64,000 nt of DNA from Acidimicrobiia bacterium (GCA_041577335.1 JBFGJH010000006.1:16498-80497); one strand, 5' to 3'; shown: positions 1 to 8,428, numbered from the stretch's first letter. Notes: generated by a model not told the origin, from the letters alone. Made by a program: numbers and translations.

Positions 1-62
1 TACGGCGTTCCCAAGATGGATATGACAAATGCGATGCCGGCGGCGAGCAGCATGCTGATCAT
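1..62 (-). CDS. mraY: Phospho-N-acetylmuramoyl-pentapeptide transferase, N-terminal fragment (runs off window start)
   Basis: ATG at 62 overlaps the murE stop (ATGA). Translates as MISMLLAAGIAFVISILGTP, a typical actinobacterial MraY N-terminus, in dcw context. Confidence 0.75.
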   Translation of the reverse strand, partial: MISMLLAAGIAFVISILGTP

Positions 63-1492
63 GTGGCAACCTCCGCAACAGCTTCTGACGCAACCTGGTG
101 GTCGTCGAACGGCAGAAGAACACCGCCCACTTCCTGACCCTGTTCGTGGCCTTTGCCGAGGATCAGGACGGTATCGGTGGGTCGAGCCGATCCGACTGCG
201 CCACGAATCGCCGACCCTCGGTCAGGCTCCACGTGCAGTGTCGACGAGTCGGGGAGGCCGGCCAGGATCTGGCTGATGATCTCGTTGGGGTCCTCCGAAC
301 GCGGATTGTCGGAAGTCACCCACACGACATCGGCTGCCGACGAAGCCGCGCCCATCAGCGGGCGTTTGGACTCGTCGCGGTCTCCTCCGGCACCGACCAC
401 GACGATCACTCTGCCTTGCGTGAATCGGCGGGCGGCGCTGATCGCCACTTCGACCCCTTCGGGCGTATGTGCGTAGTCGACATATATGTCGAACGGTCCG
501 GTCCACTCAACGCGTTCCATTCGGCCAGGGACCGTCGAGAGCGCGGTGAGCCCGGCGGCGATGATGTCGACGGAATAGCCCAGCTGGACGGCGCATCCGG
601 CCGCCACCAAGGCATTGCTGATATTGAAATCGCCGGCGACCGGCAGATCTACCGCAGCGTCCCCGTGCGGCGTGGCCAGCGTGAACCGACTCGCCCGCTT
701 GGTCTCGACAACATCGCGGGCAGTGATCTGCCCTCCGGGACCGACGAGCAGGGCATCGGGGTGGCGTGCGGCAAGGCGATCACCCCATTCACTGCGATAG
801 ATCACCTTGGTGTCGGCGAAGTCGAACAGCCGGGCTTTTGCTTCGAAGTAGGCAGCGAGGTCGGAGTGGAAATCGAGATGATCAACCGAGAGGTTCGTGA
901 AGGCCGCCACCGCGTACCGAATCTCGGCCGCTCTCCCCAGTTCCAAGGCATGTGACGAGACCTCCATCGCCACCACGTCGACACCGTCTTCGACCATCGC
1001 AGCAAGCAGCCTCTGGACATCACTCGCCTCAGGTGTTGTCCGTTGGAGAGCGATGGACCGCCCGTTCGAGCGCGCACCCAGGGTCCCCAACCTGCCGGCC
1101 ACGCCGCCTGCAACGGTCGCGATCGACTCGACCATGAAGGTGACGGTGGTCTTGCCGTTCGTGCCGGTCACGCCGACCACCCGCAGCTTGTGGGATGGAT
1201 GGCCGTGGACTTCAGCAGCCAGTTTGGGGAGGGCAGCACGGGTGTCAGGAACGATCAGTTGAGACGCGGCGAGTTCCTGTGGGCTCTCGACGCATACCGC
1301 GGAAGCGCCTCCGTCGATGGCCTGCTGCACATAGTCATGTCCATCGACCCTGAACCCACGAATTGCCACGAAGAGCGTTTCGGGTGACGAGTCTCGGCTG
1401 TCGTGGATCACGTCGGACACGACGGTGCGCGAATCGCCCGTTACGGTACCTTCGACAAGCCGGCCGAGCGTGGCGAGATCAGTCTTCGGCAT
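59..1492 (-). CDS. murE: UDP-N-acetylmuramoyl-tripeptide synthetase
   Basis: GVTGTNGKTT P-loop, TTPE, MEVSSHAL, FTNLSVDHLDFH, VDYAHTP and DNPR motifs. Start moved to ATG 1492 (MPKTDL), which overlaps the ftsI end. Confidence 0.95.
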   Translation of the reverse strand: MPKTDLATLGRLVEGTVTGDSRTVVSDVIHDSRDSSPETLFVAIRGFRVDGHDYVQQAIDGGASAVCVESPQELAASQLIVPDTRAALPKLAAEVHGHPSHKLRVVGVTGTNGKTTVTFMVESIATVAGGVAGRLGTLGARSNGRSIALQRTTPEASDVQRLLAAMVEDGVDVVAMEVSSHALELGRAAEIRYAVAAFTNLSVDHLDFHSDLAAYFEAKARLFDFADTKVIYRSEWGDRLAARHPDALLVGPGGQITARDVVETKRASRFTLATPHGDAAVDLPVAGDFNISNALVAAGCAVQLGYSVDIIAAGLTALSTVPGRMERVEWTGPFDIYVDYAHTPEGVEVAISAARRFTQGRVIVVVGAGGDRDESKRPLMGAASSAADVVWVTSDNPRSEDPNEIISQILAGLPDSSTLHVEPDRGSAIRGAVGSARPTDTVLILGKGHEQGQEVGGVLLPFDDHQVASEAVAEVAT

Positions 1493-3188
1493 CAGGATCC
1501 ACTCCGAGGTGGTGGAGCGACTTCTCCATGATTTCGGCGAACCCGGGGGCGGCGGCCAAGCCACCGGTGTAGCCGTGGATCGGAGAGTCGACGACCACCG
1601 CGACAATCAGCCTCGGTTCCGAAATAGGCGCCATGCCGATGAAGCTGGCCATGTGGTTCTCCGTGTATTCTCCGTCGACCGCGATGAGGCTCGTCCCGGT
1701 CTTGCCGCCAACGCTGTAGCCGGGCACCGAAGCATTCTGGCCGGTCCCTTCGGAGACCACCGTCTCGAGCAGAAACCGCATCGTGCGTGCGGTGTCGATC
1801 GAGACGACCCTTCGGGTGTCCGGAACCACCGGCCGCTCATCCCCGTCTCCATCCACCGTATCGGCGACCAGATGCGGTTGGACCCATACGCCGTCGTTGG
1901 CGATCGTGGCATAGACGGCTGCCATCTGGAGAGGGGTCGCAGTCACCGAATACCCGATGGCGGCCGAAGCGGTGCAGGAACCGCAACTGGGGTCCACCGA
2001 GACCAACCCTGATGCCTCGGCCGAAAAATCGATGCCGGTCGGCACGCCGAAACCAAACTTCTCGAGGTATTCACGATGGGCGCGATCCCCCAGCTGTTGC
2101 TGAACCATGATCGTTCCCACATTCGACGAGCGTGTGACGATGTCTTTCACCGACATCCGCGTGGTTGGCCGCGAGTCACCGAAATCGGAGAAGGTCCAGT
2201 TGCCGACATTGATCTCGTACGGTACGTCGAACTCGGTGTGCCAGTCGACGGCCCCCGTCTCGAGGGCGGCGGCCACTGTCACCACCTTCTGGGTGGAGCC
2301 CGGCTCGTACGTGTAGCGAACTGCACGATTGTGAAACGCCTCCGGGTCGGCGTCTGCGACGGCTCCGGGGTCGTACGACGGAAGCACTGCCATCGCCAGC
2401 ACCTCACCGTTCGACGGATCCATGACAACGGCCGTACACGCCTTTGCGGCCGTCCGCTCGATGGTGTCGACGCAAGCCTGCTCGGCAATGAACTGGATGC
2501 TGGCGTCGATGGTGGTAACGAGATCGAGGCCCGGCTGGGCAGGCTCGACTTCGATGATGCCTTGCGGTATCAGCCGACCGGAAGGGTCGCGCTCGTACCT
2601 CTGAAAGCCATCCTCACCGGCGAGCTGATCTTGGTAGAAGTACTCGAGGCCTTCTTGGCCCTCACCGTCGACATTCACAAATCCCACGACTTGTGATGCC
2701 AAGGTCTCCGCCGGATACACTCGTTTTGGCTCGCTGATGAAGTAGATCCCTGGCAGCTGCAGCTCCTCGAGGTCGGCCACCTCACTGGGCTCCATCTGGC
2801 GGCGCAGGTAGACGAATTGGCTGTCTCGGGTCAACCGTTCCTTGGCATCTTCGATCTCGAGATCGAGCAACCCCGAGACCAATGCCGAGCTCACCTCGAC
2901 GTCCTCGATTTCGGTGGGATTGGCAACCACGGTGACGCCATCGATCGTCGTTGCCATCTCACGGCCGTTGCGGTCGTAGATGTTGCCCCGGCGGGCCGGC
3001 AGAACGTACTCGCGCTCGCGTTGCGCGAGCGACTTTTCGGCGTGCTCTTGGGCATCGACGACCTGGACACGAAAGAGTTGATATCCGACCGTTGCCCAGG
3101 CCATGAGCATGAGGAGCATGACGATGAGGACTCTCGAGTCTGTGCCTCGCAGACGGCGGGGAGCGCGGGCTTTCCCGCGCCTCTTCAT
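1479..3188 (-). CDS. ftsI: Division transpeptidase FtsI/PBP3 family
   Basis: N-terminal TM helix, RRGNIYDRNG dimerisation motif, EPGSTQK (SxxK), SSN (SxN), GKTG; dcw position. Confidence 0.93.
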   Translation of the reverse strand: MKRRGKARAPRRLRGTDSRVLIVMLLMLMAWATVGYQLFRVQVVDAQEHAEKSLAQREREYVLPARRGNIYDRNGREMATTIDGVTVVANPTEIEDVEVSSALVSGLLDLEIEDAKERLTRDSQFVYLRRQMEPSEVADLEELQLPGIYFISEPKRVYPAETLASQVVGFVNVDGEGQEGLEYFYQDQLAGEDGFQRYERDPSGRLIPQGIIEVEPAQPGLDLVTTIDASIQFIAEQACVDTIERTAAKACTAVVMDPSNGEVLAMAVLPSYDPGAVADADPEAFHNRAVRYTYEPGSTQKVVTVAAALETGAVDWHTEFDVPYEINVGNWTFSDFGDSRPTTRMSVKDIVTRSSNVGTIMVQQQLGDRAHREYLEKFGFGVPTGIDFSAEASGLVSVDPSCGSCTASAAIGYSVTATPLQMAAVYATIANDGVWVQPHLVADTVDGDGDERPVVPDTRRVVSIDTARTMRFLLETVVSEGTGQNASVPGYSVGGKTGTSLIAVDGEYTENHMASFIGMAPISEPRLIVAVVVDSPIHGYTGGLAAAPGFAEIMEKSLHHLGVDPDAED

Positions 3189-3274
3189 CGGATCAGCCGG
3201 ACCTGGGCTGCGGAGCCGGGCGGACTACCGCCTCGAGCACGGCCGCCAGCGCCAGGTCGGGCCTCATCGAACAT
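3185..3274 (-). CDS. Possible 29-aa bridging ORF (MFDEARPGAGGRARGGSPPGSAAQVRLIR)
   Basis: Its ATG overlaps the ftsL stop (TGATG) and its TGA overlaps the ftsI ATG (ATGA). No SD of its own and no recognisable family. Confidence 0.25.
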   Translation of the reverse strand: MFDEARPGAGGRARGGSPPGSAAQVRLIR

Positions 3275-3675
3275 CACGGAGTAGCTCCCAATGCTGCTTT
3301 CAGATCGGCCAGACGCTCGATCCCTTCATCGGATTGGACGATGACGCCTGGCGCCGACAGTGTGTGCCGCTCGCCAGGGAAGACCATTCCGAGTTCCTCG
3401 GCGGCCGGCGCAACGCGGCTCGGGCTCTGGAGACGTGCCACTTCGAGCTGCAGACTTTCCATCCGTGCCAACTCGGTTTCGATAGCTCGCTCTGCGTTTT
3501 GGAGGGCGATTGCTCGCTCGTTGAGGCGAGTCTGTGAATAGATGAGGCCAAAAAACACGCCCCCGACGAGCAAGACCGTCATGAGCCACATTCCGAATCG
3601 CGGCGTGCGCTTCGGGGCGTGGAGAACCCGAAACCGACGAGCTGGCCGCGGGCTGGTGATCGGCTGGGCGGTCAT
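3274..3675 (-). CDS. ftsL: Cell division protein FtsL-like
   Basis: Basic N-terminus, one TM helix, coiled coil ending in ...ARLQSPSRVAPAAEELGM; lies between rsmH and ftsI. Confidence 0.7.
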   Translation of the reverse strand: MTAQPITSPRPARRFRVLHAPKRTPRFGMWLMTVLLVGGVFFGLIYSQTRLNERAIALQNAERAIETELARMESLQLEVARLQSPSRVAPAAEELGMVFPGERHTLSAPGVIVQSDEGIERLADLKAALGATP

Positions 3676-4607
3676 GCAGCCACCTTTTCGGCAGCCCTCA
3701 GCCGAGCGCTACGCGCTCGCGGGTTCCGCTCGATTTCCTCTGGTGTGGGACGGAGGGCCTTGCGGGTCAGCAGCCGCAGCTCGGCCGATCGACCGCATCC
3801 ACACACGGGCAGGTCGGGAGGGCAAACGCAATCGCGGGCACCTTCCACGAACCGGCGCTTCACAATGCGATCTTCGAGCGAGTGATAGGAGATGACGACG
3901 CACCGGCCCCCGAGGCCCAACTTCTCCAGGGCTCCGTTGAGGCCTCGTTCGAGGGATTCCAACTCGTCGTTGGCGGCGATTCGGATTCCTTGGAAGGTGC
4001 GCCGTGCGGGATGGCCTCCGGATTGGCGGGCGGCTGCGGGGATGGCGTTGCGGACGACTTCGGCGAGCGCAGCGGTGTTGTCGAGCGGTCGAGCCGCCAC
4101 GATCGCCCGGGCAATGCGACGCGCAAAGCGTTCTTCTCCGAACTTTCGAATCGCCGCAGCCAGGTCGGCTTCCGGCCATTCGTTCACGATCTCGGCGGCG
4201 GTGTGGGGCGCATCTGGCCCCATCCGCATGTCGAGAGGGCCCGACCGTTGATAGGAAAACCCCCGCTCAGCCTCGTCGAGTTGGTGACTCGACACTCCGA
4301 GATCGAACACGGCTCCCGCCAGAGTTTCCACGCCTTCGTCTGAGAGCACCTGGGCAACCTCGCCGAAATCGGCCTCGATGAGCGTGAACCGCTTCGATCC
4401 CCACAGCACGCTGGCGTTGGGGCCAGCCGCAGGGTCGCGATCGATGGCAACGATCCGGGAATCGGGGAGCGCCTCGAGAAGCGCCCTGCTGTGCCCACCG
4501 CCACCAAACGTGGCATCGAGGATCACTCCCCTGGTTTCTGGCTCGAACATCTTCACGACCTCGCTCACCATTACTGGCTCGTGATAGCGGTCATCTTCTT
4601 GGTGCAT
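3672..4607 (-). CDS. rsmH: 16S rRNA m4C1402 methyltransferase
   Basis: HEPVM, DATFGGGGHS, DLGVSSHQLD, RGFSY, LDMRM, ISYHSLEDRIVK, NPRARSARLR. Start taken at ATG 4607, preceded by a G-rich SD. Confidence 0.96.
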   Translation of the reverse strand: MHQEDDRYHEPVMVSEVVKMFEPETRGVILDATFGGGGHSRALLEALPDSRIVAIDRDPAAGPNASVLWGSKRFTLIEADFGEVAQVLSDEGVETLAGAVFDLGVSSHQLDEAERGFSYQRSGPLDMRMGPDAPHTAAEIVNEWPEADLAAAIRKFGEERFARRIARAIVAARPLDNTAALAEVVRNAIPAAARQSGGHPARRTFQGIRIAANDELESLERGLNGALEKLGLGGRCVVISYHSLEDRIVKRRFVEGARDCVCPPDLPVCGCGRSAELRLLTRKALRPTPEEIERNPRARSARLRAAEKVAA

Positions 4608-4690
4608 TGTCAGCCCCCCGGGCGCTGGCACCAAACGGAAGCGGGCGGAGTAAGGGGCCTTCCAATCTGGTATCCGGGGGGCTGACAATG
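4605..4690 (-). promoter_or_regulatory. Long hairpin in the rsmH leader that covers the SD and AUG
   Basis: Perfect 17-bp inverted repeat CATTGTCAGCCCCCCGG (4605-4621) / CCGGGGGGCTGACAATG (4674-4690), with inner pairings ACCAGA/TTTGGT and GGAAG/CTTCC. Confidence 0.7.
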
Positions 4691-4709
4691 AACCCGTCAT
4701 TGCTCGCCA

Positions 4710-5141
4710 TCAAATGCCGTATTCGCTGAGCGCCTCCTCTATTCCTGCGTAGTACTCATCTGCTTCGGTCTGGAGGCGTTCCCACGTCTCGGTATCCCAA
4801 ATCTCGACCCGATCGGCCACGCCGACGATCGTGACGTCTTTCTCGAGCCCGGCATATTCCCGGAGCTTCGTGGCAACTTGCACACGACCTTGTTTGTCCT
4901 GCTCTTGGCTGTCCGCGCTCGCGAAGAAGGATCGGGCAAAGCGGCGGGCACGTTGGTCGGTGCGTGGCAATGACCTCACGCGAGCCTCCTCCTCCGCCCA
5001 CTGGTTGAGGGGGAAGACGTAGAGACACCGCTCTTGGCCCTTGGTGATGACGCAGCCGTCGGCGAGATCCGCACGGAACTTGGAGGGCAGCACGAGTCTG
5101 CCCTTTTGGTCGATCGTGTGGTTGTACTCCCCGAGTAACAC
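4710..5141 (-). CDS. mraZ: Division/cell-wall cluster transcriptional repressor MraZ
   Basis: LGEYNHTIDQKGRLVLP, DKQGRV and GVADRVEIW (two SpoVT/AbrB repeats); GTG start with AAGGA SD. Confidence 0.96.
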   Translation of the reverse strand: MLLGEYNHTIDQKGRLVLPSKFRADLADGCVITKGQERCLYVFPLNQWAEEEARVRSLPRTDQRARRFARSFFASADSQEQDKQGRVQVATKLREYAGLEKDVTIVGVADRVEIWDTETWERLQTEADEYYAGIEEALSEYGI

Positions 5142-5197
5142 GGTGCGTCCTTGTCATGCATTGATTGCGTTCCTGGCGTTGCGGTCGTGAATTCCCT

Positions 5198-5242
5198 CCA
5201 CGGCGCCCCACTTTGCACCACATCGACCCACATGTCAACCAC
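5198..5242 (-). promoter_or_regulatory. dcw promoter with five GTGG MraZ-type direct repeats
   Basis: CCAC (GTGG on the minus strand) starts at 5198, 5208, 5218, 5228 and 5239. The repeats overlap TTGACA (5238-5233), a 17-nt spacer and CAAAGT (5215-5210). Confidence 0.8.
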
Positions 5243-5524
5243 CTTTACCCCTTTTCTGCCGTCCTGCTACTTTTTTCGCGAAGTGGAGCACTGGCCGAAT
5301 GTGCGTTGCGCGAGGCCGCGGCGCGGCTGGTCATGGCCTCCAGAGCCCGGTTTCATGGGCTGGACGACATCCGAGACACCATCGCACCCCCCAAATCACA
5401 AGCACGTAATTACATCTAGCGTATTCAAAACCAACGTTACAAATTGCTCAGGGGGGATGGGATTCGAGTCGATGTTGTGGGACACAGCATCCAGCTGTCG
5501 ACGCAAGGTAGGAGATGCAAGACA

Positions 5525-6793
5525 ATGGTGCGCAAACTCATGCTGCTTGCAGTGGTATCACTCACTGCGTTCGCAGCCATTCCCGTGGCCGCGGCCAAAC
5601 CGGGCCTCCCGGTCAACGCCGTGTTCCAATCCGACAACGATGAGGTCCCCGTTGCTCCCGATGTCGTATCGCTGGATCTCGGCGAACGTTTCGTTGGTGA
5701 CGGCTTCGCACTCGAAGTGCAGCGGGCGTTCATCGTGCCGTCGATCGTTCGGACCGACTATCTCGACGTACGAGTGGCAGTCGCCTTCCAGAATCTTGGA
5801 GACACCCCACTCCCCATGTCACCTATCGCCCTTTCCGGCGAGCCAGGCTATCCGTCGTTGCAGCTCGTCGATGACGAAGGCGTCGTCCAGGAGCTCGACC
5901 GTAGTGATCCATATCGCATGGCGGTTCCAACTTCGAGCCTGACGAACATCCCGCCCGGCCTGCCCGCCCACTGGACACTCGGTTTCGAGGCTTCCAGTGA
6001 GCAGGCGAGCGAGCTGACGGTTCAGGCCGTATCAGACGGATTCGTCGTCGCCGAGTGGGATGTCCTTTCCACGCCTCGACCTCTCACAGGTTGGTCGGCC
6101 CCGGCCGGCGTGACCGAGGCCAGCCGAGGTGACTCCATCGAATGGGACGACGCAGTAACGCTGGAATTCGAGTCGCAGGGGACGTTTGCGTGCGGCCTCG
6201 CCGATCTGGTCTTCAGCGCCACGACCTCATTCGTGTTCTTCGATATCGAGAACAGCGACGTCGTCGAGCGAGCATTCCCGGCGGTCCAGTATCCGGCAGT
6301 TCCCATGATCGCAGTCTGGGAGGACGGCACCACCGCACGGCACGTCGAGTCGGCGGGCTTTGTGGAGCAGCCGACCACCGACATAGTCAACTACAGCAAG
6401 TTCGCCGGTGACCTCACCGACGACGAAAAGGCAATCATCCAAGACGAGGCAATGAACATGCGCCCAGGCCCTGAGTTCAACATGGTGCCGCCGCAGGTCC
6501 AGCGAGCGACCATGGTGTCGTCGTTCCTGGCTGCCAGCGACAGCCGCTTGGCCGACGTCCTCGATACGCCGATTGCGCTCTATCTCACGCCGCCGGAGGG
6601 CAATCCGGTATGGCTCGACTTGAGCAACACGACCAACCGCTTCGACACCAAAGAGGAAGCCGAGAACCCGTCATGCGGATTCGGAACACCGAGCGTCGAG
6701 CTCGGCACCCGGGCCCTCCTGATGCAGCTGCTGGAGTTGCAGGTTCCGCCGGAGGAAGTCGAAGAGACCGATGACTCGCTCAGCGGCAGTTAG
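5525..6793 (+). CDS. Secreted acidic protein, possibly with two DUF4352-like Ig-fold domains
   Basis: SD GGAG. Signal peptide MVRKLMLLAVVSLTAFAAIPVAAA. Pattern VAVAFQN...LQLVDDEG...IPPG...LGF resembles DUF4352 (by eye). Confidence 0.6.
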   Translation: MVRKLMLLAVVSLTAFAAIPVAAAKPGLPVNAVFQSDNDEVPVAPDVVSLDLGERFVGDGFALEVQRAFIVPSIVRTDYLDVRVAVAFQNLGDTPLPMSPIALSGEPGYPSLQLVDDEGVVQELDRSDPYRMAVPTSSLTNIPPGLPAHWTLGFEASSEQASELTVQAVSDGFVVAEWDVLSTPRPLTGWSAPAGVTEASRGDSIEWDDAVTLEFESQGTFACGLADLVFSATTSFVFFDIENSDVVERAFPAVQYPAVPMIAVWEDGTTARHVESAGFVEQPTTDIVNYSKFAGDLTDDEKAIIQDEAMNMRPGPEFNMVPPQVQRATMVSSFLAASDSRLADVLDTPIALYLTPPEGNPVWLDLSNTTNRFDTKEEAENPSCGFGTPSVELGTRALLMQLLELQVPPEEVEETDDSLSGS

Positions 6794-6842
6794 CCGACGG
6801 AAGCGGGCGGATAAGGGTACCGACGAGGGAGTCGCACCACCC

Positions 6843-7346
6843 TCACGCCGATACGGCGAATAGGTACGAATGCCAGAGCGGGTCCACTTGTGGGCCCGCT
6901 CTGGCGTATACCCATCCGTGCCGACTCGGCTGATCAGGCGCCTTGGCCAGTCGGAAGCCCGCCTCATCGGGGAGTCGGTTGCCTTTACGAAGATTGCACC
7001 GCCGACACGCCGCCACGACGTTGTCCCATGTGTGCGGACCGCCTCTCGACCGAGGGATGACGTGATCGATCGACTCAGCCGGCGCCGCGCAGTATTGACA
7101 GCGGTGCCCGTCGCGTGCGAACACGGCGTTGCGAGTGAGCGGCACCGAGCGACCGTAGGGCACTCGGACAAAGCGGTTGAGACGGACCACAGACGGCACC
7201 TCGATCTCCATTCGCTCGGATCGGAACATGGCGTCCTGGGCCTCGAGCAGCGTCGCCTTCTCGTTGAGCACCAATACGGTTGCCCGCCGAGCAGGCACCA
7301 CAGAAAGAGGCTCATACGTCGCATTCAGAACCAGGGCGCGTCGCAC
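6843..7346 (-). CDS. HNH endonuclease (zinc-binding HNH with LVLNATYEPL N-terminus)
   Basis: RDGHRCQYC, DHVIPRSRGG and NVVAACRRCNLRKG motifs; GTG start with GAGGA SD. Confidence 0.9.
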   Translation of the reverse strand: MRRALVLNATYEPLSVVPARRATVLVLNEKATLLEAQDAMFRSERMEIEVPSVVRLNRFVRVPYGRSVPLTRNAVFARDGHRCQYCAAPAESIDHVIPRSRGGPHTWDNVVAACRRCNLRKGNRLPDEAGFRLAKAPDQPSRHGWVYARAGPQVDPLWHSYLFAVSA

Positions 7347-7444
7347 GTTCCATCCTCGTCATGTGATCGACCGCTAACGCCCCGACGATACCACCCTCGA
7401 GAATCCTCCCCGCTCAAATGCGCTTGGGGCCCCGCCTCCATGAC

Positions 7445-7471
7445 GGGGCCTTCCTCCGGTGTGAAGGCCCC
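7445..7471. other. GC-rich 9-bp hairpin in the HNH/recombinase spacer
   Basis: GGGGCCTTC-N9-GAAGGCCCC with no U-tract. Confidence 0.5.
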
Positions 7472-7870
7472 TGTTCGGACGCCCAAATGTGCCGTGAGGT
7501 GCAGGTTCGCGTGGTCATGGGTTGAGCCAATCGGTTACCTGGCAGGCTGTGTCGGCGCAGCCTGGGTCGCTGCCGCGGGTCAGCTTCATCGAACCTACTT
7601 CGGAGCTCGGGCCCCAGCTCTCGCAGGGAGGGACACGAGGACGAGGTTGGGCAGATCGTTGGAAAGTGGGCTACCCACAGACGCGACTGTTCCACCTGTC
7701 GAGGGTCGATTGTCATCTCCCGAATGCCCACATCTCCAACCACGATTCTGGTTGGGACACTGGGTTCCCTCTGGTCACGGCATGCCGAACAACGCTGTCC
7801 CGGGTAATCAGTGCTGCCGCTCAGTGCTGCACCAGCGCTTCCTTGCGCCGACACCTTCCTCGATGACACA

Positions 7871-8428
7871 ATGCATCGTCCAGAGAGAGGCTTTGCCGTG
7901 CGAGTAGTCGGCTATGTACGTGAGATGCCGGGCGAAACAGCGAACACGGCATTCATGCAGGTTGAGAGCGTAAGGCGATGGGTCGCCGAAGGCGGATACC
8001 ATCTCGTGGCGATGTGCCAGGACGGCTACGTCCCTGGCGCTGATGGAGCCCGGCCCGGGTTTCGGGCGCTGCACTCGATCGTGGCCGCCGGTCAAGCCGA
8101 ATTGGTGGTGGTCCCCAGCCTCGCCGCGCTGTCAGCCGACAAGATCACCCAAGAGATCCTCCTGTTCGAGCTCCGCAAGAGCGGCGCCGCCATCGCCTCG
8201 ACCGACGACTCAGACCTTCCGGCTCTGGCCGTGCACTCCAAGGATCCCAGCCGCGTCGTCATACGTGACGTGCTTCATCGATCTTCCGTGTACCGGCACC
8301 GTTTCGAGCAAGGATCGCCCAGTGGAAGCGAGACCGACCCAGACGGCCAAGCCGACGTTGTGGTCGAGTTCCTCGATCACCAATCGTTTCAACGGATTCG
8401 CGAGCAGCGGGCAGCCCTAACGGTCTAG
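7871..8428 (+). CDS. Serine-recombinase (resolvase N-terminal fold) homologue lacking catalytic residues
   Basis: VVGYVREM in place of GYxRxS, Q...D..G...RPGF, VVVPSLAALS in place of DRLxR, and DPSRVVIRDVL helix. No DNA-binding domain is evident. Confidence 0.65.
   Translation: MHRPERGFAVRVVGYVREMPGETANTAFMQVESVRRWVAEGGYHLVAMCQDGYVPGADGARPGFRALHSIVAAGQAELVVVPSLAALSADKITQEILLFELRKSGAAIASTDDSDLPALAVHSKDPSRVVIRDVLHRSSVYRHRFEQGSPSGSETDPDGQADVVVEFLDHQSFQRIREQRAALTV

Noticed and set aside
7500-7800. Fragments resembling SAM-IV or cobalamin riboswitches (CAGCGACCCAGGCTG...GGTAACC; AGAGGGAACCCAGTG)
   Set aside because: Only short partial matches; the remaining conserved cores are absent and the downstream genes do not fit.
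7414-7869. 151-aa minus ORF and overlapping plus ORFs in the spacer
   Set aside because: Atypical codon usage for this genome and no recognisable motifs.
7871-8428. IS607-type transposase or active mobile element
   Set aside because: No N-terminal HTH, no catalytic Ser, no TnpB, and no terminal repeats seen.
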